Source: Candidatus Poribacteria bacterium
GTDB taxonomy: Bacteria; Poribacteria; WGA-4E; WGA-3G
Assembly: GCA_965242965.1 (NCBI GenBank)
Contig: OZ251518.1
Location: forward strand, 2,560,001-2,624,000
Reading direction: 5' to 3'
Length of the DNA stretch: 64,000 bases
Of this stretch, positions 48,948-56,701 are shown one piece after another. Both the position numbers and the translations under genes were made by a program. The notes under the pieces are model-generated. The model saw nothing but the letters and a program-made list of their open reading frames with translations, did not search any database and was not told where the DNA came from. The number at the start of each line of letters is the position of its first letter. Position 1 is the first letter of the stretch.

Positions 48948-49119
48948 TGTCTGAATCAGGATTTACAAGATTTCCAGGATGAGGAGTCTCCTGTCGTGAG
49001 AGACGCTCTTTCCCAGTAGGCGCGACCCCCTGGTTGCGGTTCTTACTGGACGCGCTTTGGAGAAGCAATGCGCTCCTAATCCTATAAATCCTAGAATCTT
49101 GCAAATCCTGATTCAGACA
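48948..49119. mobile_element. 172-bp miniature inverted-repeat element
   Basis: TGTCTGAATCAGGATTT / AAATCCTGATTCAGACA inverted ends with 9-nt subrepeats. Confidence 0.65.
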
Positions 49120-49199
49120 ATTGACACGGCGAGGGACCTGCCCTCGCCCGACGGTGGGGAGGGCGTGACGATGCCTGGCAAGGCACAGAAAAGAGCCTC

Positions 49200-50699
49200 C
49201 TACGCTTGTTCACCCTGTGGATCCTGAACATACTGGACGATATCCGCCAACGTTAGGTTGCCGTTTCGAGCAATGTCCGGATCTGGTGTCCATCCATCCT
49301 CTTCCAAGAAGGTGTCGCAGTGCACCAGCATTGCCCCAAAGACTTCCATCAGGATAGCGGAGCCGACAGGCCCTAGCCGATTGCCGCCGCCCCGGATACC
49401 TGCCTCACGCATCAGGTAAAGAAAGAGCGGCGTGTGCTGTTCAAGCCGCCCGCGAGTCTCAACATCAAGGTTTGCTCCCGCCAGAATCTCCCCCAATCTG
49501 AGATCCTGCTCTATTTCGATAGGATAGCCTCGTGCTACCAGTGCGGCTTCAACCCGCTGCCCACTTGGCAATCCCAGGACATAGCCGCGGAGGAGGTTCC
49601 GGAAGGCCAGGGAAACATCTTGAGGCCTTGCGTCTCCGCCCGCGACAAGGGGAGGGAGCCTCACCAACTCATCAGCCAATAGATGATCAATCGCTCTGGA
49701 ATTCTCGGGATCCCTATCTTCCGCTACTTCCAAGAGAAAACTCCAATCCACGGTGAATTCCGGTGGTACTGGTTCAAATCCGAGGAGGTTGAAGCGTTCG
49801 TCAAAAATCTCTATATCCTGATTTGCCTCGTTGACCTGATACTGAGAGCGCACCATAGAATGCCCGAAGCGGTAGGCCGCGACAGAGAATTCAACCGGCA
49901 TGATAATTCGGCCAGATGCATCAGGCTGCAGTAAGAAGAACGCAGCGTCCCTGGCCAAAATCTTTCTTAAGACGAGTCTGTAAACCCTTTCGTCACAGAT
50001 GCGCCGCAGGAAGTCGTGAAGCACGACCCACTGATAGTGGAACCTTGCCTTTCTTTGCGCTGCCGCAAACCTCTCCCTGCCGTTCCGAGCATCCACAACT
50101 GGCTCAAGGAGTTGATTATGAAAGCGTAAGAACAACAGGTGCATCTGTGAGAGGAAGATGTTTTCGTCGTTGCGCGGATCGCCGAGCAGGGCGGTGCCAT
50201 TCGCGTGGCGTGGTACATCGTGGCGGTTAATAGCATTTCCAACTACGAACCGTCCGAAGTCGTCTGGTTTATATAGTAGCGATGACACGCTGGGGCCGAA
50301 TCCATACACAGAATCCAGATCAAGGGATGCCGAACGGAAATTCGGTAACCTTTCGATTTCGCGTATAGTCATCGGCTTCCTATCCAATCCGCTTCTGGCC
50401 TCAAGCGTGATGTCGTGGTCGACGAACTGCGCGAAAAACGTGTAGGCGGCGGGAATAACACTGTCGCCGGAAGCATCCTCGGCATCGTGCATGATCCCGC
50501 CCGGTCCGCCGAGTGCTCTCGCGATGCGCTCAGCCGCATCCGGATCTGGACTCTCAAAGTCGTCGGCCCATGTCATTGGGATGTTCAGCAATCTGCCAAA
50601 ATTCCCAAGGCGGAGATGGTCACAGCCAATTGCCTTCGCTGTGCCATGCATCGGTCTTTCTTGCATCGGTCCTTCTTGCATCGGTCTTCCTTCATTCAT
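49200..50699 (-). CDS. Heme peroxidase, peroxidase-cyclooxygenase (animal-type) superfamily
   Basis: FAQFVDHDIT (distal His), LDLDSVYG, GDPRNDEN, AAYRFGHS (proximal His); probable start MNEGRP at 50699. Confidence 0.9.
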   Translation of the reverse strand: MNEGRPMQEGPMQERPMHGTAKAIGCDHLRLGNFGRLLNIPMTWADDFESPDPDAAERIARALGGPGGIMHDAEDASGDSVIPAAYTFFAQFVDHDITLEARSGLDRKPMTIREIERLPNFRSASLDLDSVYGFGPSVSSLLYKPDDFGRFVVGNAINRHDVPRHANGTALLGDPRNDENIFLSQMHLLFLRFHNQLLEPVVDARNGRERFAAAQRKARFHYQWVVLHDFLRRICDERVYRLVLRKILARDAAFFLLQPDASGRIIMPVEFSVAAYRFGHSMVRSQYQVNEANQDIEIFDERFNLLGFEPVPPEFTVDWSFLLEVAEDRDPENSRAIDHLLADELVRLPPLVAGGDARPQDVSLAFRNLLRGYVLGLPSGQRVEAALVARGYPIEIEQDLRLGEILAGANLDVETRGRLEQHTPLFLYLMREAGIRGGGNRLGPVGSAILMEVFGAMLVHCDTFLEEDGWTPDPDIARNGNLTLADIVQYVQDPQGEQA

Positions 50700-50897
50700 T
50701 GTTTTCCTTCCTTTCGTCATTTGTAGGTTAAGATTCGGTAATCTTAACTCGTTCGGGCTCAGGCGAGCCCGAACTACAACGGTTAATTTCGTATCACATC
50801 CCCGAGGGCGAGCGGGTAATGCAACCCGAGCGCCCCCCGGAAATGCGATGCTCAATGCATAGGGATTTCGTAAACCCAGTGCAACTTTGCATCAAGC

Positions 50898-51239
50898 CTA
50901 TATGAGAAGCGTTTCAACACTGTTCGTTTCAGCGAAAACGCGAACGCCTTTGAGTCCCCCGGGAACCTCCTTCATGACATAGGTAGCCTCAATAGGGGTT
51001 ACCACGGGACGGGAAGTTCCTTCCGGGGGCTCGGCGTAGAAGGAAAATTCCCAGATGCCGTCGGGCGGTGGTTGCACGTAAGTGTAAGGAACGAGTTCCG
51101 GATTCGTCCATCCCGCAGATGCCACTTCGCCTTCTGCGACAATTAAGAGCATGTCAGCACCGCTATCGGTTTTGGAACGCGACAGCGAAACCGTCTTGAC
51201 AGCATGGACTCGGTTGCCTTGCTCATTTTCGTTATTCAT
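50898..51239 (-). CDS. Small beta-rich hypothetical protein (113 aa)
   Basis: AAGGAGG RBS before ATG 51239; GWTNPEL..Y..PPPDGIWEF motif. Confidence 0.75.
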   Translation of the reverse strand: MNNENEQGNRVHAVKTVSLSRSKTDSGADMLLIVAEGEVASAGWTNPELVPYTYVQPPPDGIWEFSFYAEPPEGTSRPVVTPIEATYVMKEVPGGLKGVRVFAETNSVETLLI

Positions 51240-51447
51240 CGTTCTTCCTCCTTTTGCGCGTGAGTGTTCCGCGGTGCCTCTCTGCGGCGGCAGTCGCGGT
51301 ATCGGATTAAAAACATCTTCCAGTATGCGGGCACCGTTTGCTGTGCGGCGGCAGCACGCTAGTATTAAGATGTATGTCGTCATCCCTATCGGTAGGCGCG
51401 CTTTGAAATCGGGCCTACCGGGTTTATGATACGGGTGTGGGTTCACC

Positions 51448-52212
51448 CTAGTCGACATATTCGTAAGCGTCATCGCCAAGGGCTCGGATATTGTCAACTG
51501 ATTTGACAGTGAACTCTTCAGGCCAGGGGTCCAACTGTGCGTCCTGGCATGCAAGGTGCGCCCTTTGGCCCGGATGTGCTTCCTGCCATTGTGCCCAGAG
51601 TCTGTCCACCTGCGCGTGGTGGAACCAAAACGCGGGATCTCGCGGCGAAGACATCGTCGTCATGTCACCACCAATCCACACGTGTCCACGGTTGTGCGGG
51701 CCGTTTTCAAGCCTTCGCGCAAATTGATAATAACTCCTCTGAGATAGGATCGCTTCGATCTGCGCCTCGTCAGTGAACCAGCGCATTTCCTCTTGTTCAG
51801 GTTGTTCATCGTGGCGGGGCCCGGGGTTCCTCTGCCATCTCGATCTCTCCGGGAACAGCCGGTTCTCCGGATCTGGGAATCCTTCCAACCGGCCGCCATC
51901 AGCGTTCCAATCCCAATAGGGAATCGCCAGCGAATCATCAATCTCGCGAAGTCTTCTCTCAAAAACGATGAGGTAGGCGCGATGCCACGGCAAGAATCTC
52001 CGATAGCCCAATGGCCCCGACATTGAACCATGCATACGATGATGGGAACGTCGAAACCCATCTGGTTCCTGAATCATCGCCGCATGGATTTGGACTAGAT
52101 TTCCGTAAGTGCCATTGGTCATTAACGTTGAGATAGCCCTGTTCAAGGCACCCCAATCTTCATCTGTCAATGCCAGCGTGCTTTGACGCTGAATTGGCAT
52201 TGGCATTAGCAT
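51448..52212 (-). CDS. Tyrosinase (type-3 dicopper oxidase)
   Basis: CuA His residues (QIH, RMHG, FLPWHR), IPYWDW, CuB (PHNRGH, DPAFWFHHAQVD). Confidence 0.92.
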   Translation of the reverse strand: MLMPMPIQRQSTLALTDEDWGALNRAISTLMTNGTYGNLVQIHAAMIQEPDGFRRSHHRMHGSMSGPLGYRRFLPWHRAYLIVFERRLREIDDSLAIPYWDWNADGGRLEGFPDPENRLFPERSRWQRNPGPRHDEQPEQEEMRWFTDEAQIEAILSQRSYYQFARRLENGPHNRGHVWIGGDMTTMSSPRDPAFWFHHAQVDRLWAQWQEAHPGQRAHLACQDAQLDPWPEEFTVKSVDNIRALGDDAYEYVD

Positions 52213-52843
52213 TTTTAAACTCCTTGCGTTGTCCCATTACCGTGCCTGCAGCACCGGTAATGGGGTGCAATTTCCGCGTCACCTTTTCTGAGATGCATGA
52301 CGCGGAAGTAGGTTAAAAGCATCGTTGTCACTGTAACAGTGAAACTCGTTACGTCTATTGATAGCCCAAGTGTCCGTACTGCCAAAAAGGTGCAGCACCA
52401 GCCATCCGCGACGCAAAAGCGACGCGCAGCAGCAAAATGGAACAAACAGGGGAAATAACAACAGATAGGAAAACATGCACCGGGGATGGAGCCTCGATGC
52501 AACGAAAATAACCCGCCACGCAAAGAATGCGTGCGGGATTGAAGACAACAAGACGACGAAAGTCGCCGCTGTCAAGCGAATAAACTTTGCTTAACGCCTG
52601 TGGGTGTCGGGGGGGGTCGAGCCTCCCCTTTGGGCATTAAGCCGAACGGGAACGTGTCGTGACGGCGCGACAAACGGGCCAGACGCGCACCGGATGTGCG
52701 GCATCTCGCGGGGCCCGGGCAGGTCTACGGTGACCTCGTTAGCAATGGAAAAAACAATTCGCTGGTTCACGGTATCGTTCCTCGTTCAGTTTCAGTTTCG
52801 CGGTGGCGCGTTTTTTTTCGCGCGTTCCGCCACGTTTGCATTG

Positions 52844-52872
52844 ATGATACACGAAAATGCAATAAATGTCAA
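52844..52872 (-). promoter_or_regulatory. sigma70-type promoter
   Basis: TTGACA-N17-TATCAT on the minus strand. Confidence 0.55.
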
Positions 52873-53079
52873 ACATTTTTTTTGCGAAAAATCGTGGAAA
52901 TGTTGACAATTAACCACATTCTATAGGAATTTCGGTTTTTTTGTCAACGTTTTTCTGCGAAAAATCGTGAAAACCGTCAAATTCACGCGAAAAATCGCCA
53001 AAAATGTTTAAAACTGATTGTATTTTAGCAAATTCCGCATTCTTTGTCAAGATTATTTCGCGAAAAAAACGCTGCTGCT

Positions 53080-53591
53080 ACCGTAGCGCGGGGGCCTGTC
53101 CCCCGCGAACGTTCGTTCCAAACGAAAAACGTCGCTTGGAACGTAGCGCGGGGGCCTGTCCCCCGCGATCTACCGAACGAAACGAAAACCGTCTGCAGCC
53201 CAGAGGCCATGAACGGTTTCTGTTAAGACCGAGGCACGGCGAGGGACAGGCCCTCGCCCTACGGTGATAGGGGCAATCAAGGCATGGCGAGGGACAGGCC
53301 CTCGCCCTACGGGTCGAGGGCACGGTTTGGATAGCCACGAAATAAAACGCATATTAAGGTCCTACAGACCTTGGCCATCTTTCGCGTCGCATTGCTCTAT
53401 AGACATTCAGGTCTTACAGACCTAAAGAGACTTTCGGCGCGATAAAAACCTCTAATCTTGCTAATCTTGAAAATCTTGAAAATCCTGCTCATATTCGGCG
53501 AGGAACAGGCACGCGCACTACGGAAACCCCGAACGCATCGAGACCAGGAGGTCTCTCCTACAGGGAAGCCATCGCGATATGAAACACCCTC
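53080..53591. repeat. REP cluster ending in TATGAAACACCCTC
   Basis: Similar to 46890-47070; includes AATCTTG repeats. Confidence 0.88.
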
Positions 53592-53604
53592 GTTACTTTT
53601 TTTC

Positions 53605-53633
53605 TTGACATCACAGCGAAAATAGGGTATCAT
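53605..53633 (+). promoter_or_regulatory. sigma70-type promoter
   Basis: TTGACA-N17-TATCAT. Confidence 0.65.
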
Positions 53634-53707
53634 GTTTTTAATTACTAGGACAGACGCAAATGCCATCATTTCCTTTTGTCCTAACCATGCTAAAAAGGAG
53701 ACCTAAC

Positions 53708-54283
53708 ATGAAAATCAAATTGGTGTGTCTACTCATGCTCATCGGCATGGCAGGCATCTTACAACTGGCGGATGCAGCAGATACTTATGAAGTTGATGCC
53801 GAGCATTCAATGATTATCTTCCGTGCCAAACACATGGGTGTGAGCAACAACTACGGAAGATTCAACGAATTTTCCGGAACACTCACCGTCGATGAGGCAG
53901 ACGTGGCGAATAGCACGATAGAACTCGAAGTCAAGGCTGAGAGTGTGGATACCGCCAACGAAAAACGGGACCAGCACCTCAGAAGCCCCGATTTCTTCAA
54001 TGCGAAGCAATTCCCCGTGATTACCTTCAAAAGCACGAAAGTCGAGAAGGTAGACGAGGATACCCTGAAGGTAACGGGCGACTTTGAGCTGCACGGCGTG
54101 AAGAAATCCTTGACGGTTGAAGTGGAACTGACCGGAAAGGGCAAAAACCGACAGGGAACGGCTCTCATCGGTTTTGAAACCATCTTCACCATCAAGCGAA
54201 GCGAATTCGGCATGAACTACGGCATCGGTGCCGTCAGTGACGACGTTCGCATTACCGTGAGTGTTGAGGGAGTGAAAAAATAA
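53708..54283 (+). CDS. YceI family exported polyisoprenoid-binding protein
   Basis: Signal peptide; YEVDAEHS, GRFNEF, RDQHLRSPDFF, IKRSEFG; AAGGAG RBS. Confidence 0.92.
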   Translation: MKIKLVCLLMLIGMAGILQLADAADTYEVDAEHSMIIFRAKHMGVSNNYGRFNEFSGTLTVDEADVANSTIELEVKAESVDTANEKRDQHLRSPDFFNAKQFPVITFKSTKVEKVDEDTLKVTGDFELHGVKKSLTVEVELTGKGKNRQGTALIGFETIFTIKRSEFGMNYGIGAVSDDVRITVSVEGVKK

Positions 54284-54370
54284 CACTGACGCATGAAACC
54301 CGATGGGCGCGGCTCACATCGCGCCTACCGGGGGTTTTCAACCTTTTCTTGCGTTGGAGGACAGCGGGCC

Positions 54371-55228
54371 ATGCTATCTCTCAAGGCTATCTTCTTCGGG
54401 CTGATTTTGCCTGCCATCATCTGTATTAGCAATGTCGCGGCGGCGTTCTTAATGCCGCAATCTGTAGGCACAAAGTCCCGAGCGCGTCTCACAGCATTCG
54501 CTTTAGTGAGTGGATACATCATCGGGTATCTTGGCATAGAAGGCAGCCTGCCGCTCTCACCGCGGGAAGGAATTCATTGGCTTTTCTACCTTGCCATCGC
54601 CGCGTTCGTCATTGAAGGCGTTCTGTTTCTGCCGACCCGGGTCCGCTTGTTCGTGCATCTCGCGCTTGCTGTCGTTATCCCGCGGCTCATCCTCAACGCA
54701 AAGTTTAAATACGCGTGGGGCAATCTTGAAGAACTGATTTGGTGGGCATGCCTCGCCTTAGCGATTTTCTTTTTCTTCACATCGGTTGATAAAGGCATAC
54801 ATCTCTTACCAACAGGTGCCGCGCAACCGTTTGTGTTCCTCGGCATAGCCGGTGGGAGCGCGCTCATCCTTGCGCTATCGGGAAGCATGCGACTGGCGCA
54901 ACACGCCGGGGTTTTAGTCGCAATGTTCGCCGCCATTTGGATAGCGATGCTTCTCTTACCGAGATTTTTTCGCACCGATGCCGCCTTTCCCGATTTTTTT
55001 ATCTCAGGAGCCGCATACTTACTCGTGGGGTTGTGGTTAAACGGCTATTTCTATGCGGAAGTCCCGGCGGCGAGCGCGGTTTTGTTAGCCGTTTCACCCG
55101 CGATGGCGTGGGTAGGCAAGGGAAAATCCGCACCGATTCAGATAGCATGCATCGCACTGCCTGTCATCGTCGCGATGGGCATTGCGGTTGCATTATCAGG
55201 ACTTTTTGGTAGTAACAACGGATATTGA
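54371..55228 (+). CDS. Polytopic membrane protein (paralogue A)
   Basis: GGAGG RBS; multiple TM helices; ILALSGSMRLAQHAGVLVA. Confidence 0.75.
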   Translation: MLSLKAIFFGLILPAIICISNVAAAFLMPQSVGTKSRARLTAFALVSGYIIGYLGIEGSLPLSPREGIHWLFYLAIAAFVIEGVLFLPTRVRLFVHLALAVVIPRLILNAKFKYAWGNLEELIWWACLALAIFFFFTSVDKGIHLLPTGAAQPFVFLGIAGGSALILALSGSMRLAQHAGVLVAMFAAIWIAMLLLPRFFRTDAAFPDFFISGAAYLLVGLWLNGYFYAEVPAASAVLLAVSPAMAWVGKGKSAPIQIACIALPVIVAMGIAVALSGLFGSNNGY

Positions 55229-55289
55229 GCCAGCGGCATTCCGTAGCACTCTGGATTTTGGATAGAAATAAGAAAAACATTAATAAAAA

Positions 55290-56171
55290 ATGACGTTTAT
55301 TAAACCGATGCTTTTCGGCGTGATTTTGCCTGCAGCAATAGGCGGTGGCGTTTTTGCGTTAATCGGGTACTGGTCTGTCACTCTGCCGCGCGAGCCTTGG
55401 GAAATCCTACCGTTTTCACTCTCCATAGGCTACATGGTGGGCAATTTAGGGTTAGAAGGTTTGCCTACTCTCCGACCGGATGACAGGATAGAGTGGCTGT
55501 TTTTTATCACCTCAATTTCGCTGATTGCGCGGCATGTCTGGGAAGAAAAGACACGGGTGCGTTTGGCAACACAAATCGTGGTATCCTTCGCGCTACCGTG
55601 CCTCATCCTCGGCGAACTTTTTCGGGAGGAATGGCGCATCGGAGAAGGGATCGCGTGGCTCGCCGGCATGGGCATCGCGATTTTCATTTTATGGAGAGCG
55701 ATGGAGTTAAGTTTGACGCTCCTGCCGAGAGGAAGTGCAATCCCAATGGTATACATCGGCATCTGTGGTGCGACTACGTTCATCTTGGCACTTTCGGGTG
55801 GCACGCGGGTTGCGCAGCATTGCGGCGTGCTCGTTGCGATTTTCTGTGCCATCTGGTTCGTCTCGCGCCTCATGCTGTATTGGTGGAGTAAAGAGACAGA
55901 ACGCGCGGCAGAGAACCCAACTCGGATGCACCTGCAGTTTCCCATTGTCGCCGCGGCACCTTTAGCAACGCTGCTCGCGGCATTTTGGATGAACGGCTGT
56001 TTTTATGAAGGCGTGCCGCCTACCAGTTTCATCTTGCTGGCAGTTGCGCCGTTACTCGCGCTCATCGGAAAACTCAACGTAATCCAGCAACTGAGTGAAC
56101 GGACAATAGGCAAGATCCAAGTCGCGTGCATCGCCGCGCCGATAATTGTTGCCGTATACATTTCTATCTGA
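55290..56171 (+). CDS. Polytopic membrane protein (paralogue B)
   Basis: ILALSGGTRVAQHCGVLVA and WMNGCFY match the upstream gene. Confidence 0.75.
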   Translation: MTFIKPMLFGVILPAAIGGGVFALIGYWSVTLPREPWEILPFSLSIGYMVGNLGLEGLPTLRPDDRIEWLFFITSISLIARHVWEEKTRVRLATQIVVSFALPCLILGELFREEWRIGEGIAWLAGMGIAIFILWRAMELSLTLLPRGSAIPMVYIGICGATTFILALSGGTRVAQHCGVLVAIFCAIWFVSRLMLYWWSKETERAAENPTRMHLQFPIVAAAPLATLLAAFWMNGCFYEGVPPTSFILLAVAPLLALIGKLNVIQQLSERTIGKIQVACIAAPIIVAVYISI

Positions 56172-56214
56172 AGGAAAATCTTAAAATCATTTCTTTCACA
56201 TTAACGGCACCAGA

Positions 56215-56394
56215 ACCGTAGGTTGAGGGCCTGTCCCTCAACACTTTTCAATGAACGACATCAGCACCGTAGGTTGAGGGCCTGTCCCTCAACACGCCTC
56301 ATACAAAACGAAACCGTAGGTTGAGGGCCTGTCCCTCAACACGCCGCAAATGAGCCCATACGAAACCGTAGGTTGAGGGCCTGTCCCTCAACAC
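56215..56394. repeat. Array of four identical 30-bp REP units with 17-22 nt spacers
   Basis: ACCGTAGGTTGAGGGCCTGTCCCTCAACAC at 56215, 56266, 56313 and 56365. Confidence 0.95.
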
Positions 56395-56407
56395 TTTTCA
56401 ATGAACT

Positions 56408-56615
56408 GAGGGTGTTTCATAAATCCGTTTCGGTATTTATCCCCTTGGGGGACAGGCGAATACCGAAAGGCATCGGGCCCAACTCTGTAGTTCGGGAGCA
56501 CCCGCTCCCGAACAGTTCAGAATCAGACGATCCTGACCTACAGGGGTGATGCGTTCTGACACCAAAACGCATGGCGAGGGACAGGCCCTCGCCCTACGTG
56601 AAGGTAAGCGTTTTT
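56408..56615. mobile_element. Partial composite REP element (right end missing)
   Basis: GAGGGTGTTTCATA...CCGTTTCGGTATTTATCCCC left end, as at 5504 and 9429. Confidence 0.7.
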
Positions 56616-56701
56616 TTCGGTTTCCACGTGCATCCGAAACAACGGGCAAGAGCGGCCGAATGCCACCGACAGCAACAATTTGATAAATAGAGGGGACTAA
56701 A

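Noticed and set aside
50645-50690. 15-bp tandem repeat at the peroxidase start (PMQEG-PMQER-PMHG) as a switch
   Set aside because: The unit length is a multiple of 3, so copy changes would not shift the frame; treated as a minor local duplication.
52600-52635. tRNA-like 3' end (GGCTCGACCCCCCCC...CCA on the minus strand)
   Set aside because: No matching acceptor 5' strand, D arm or anticodon arm could be folded.
56215-56394. Bona fide CRISPR array
   Set aside because: The repeat is a GTAG-REP family member, the spacers are only 17-22 nt, and there are no cas genes in the window.
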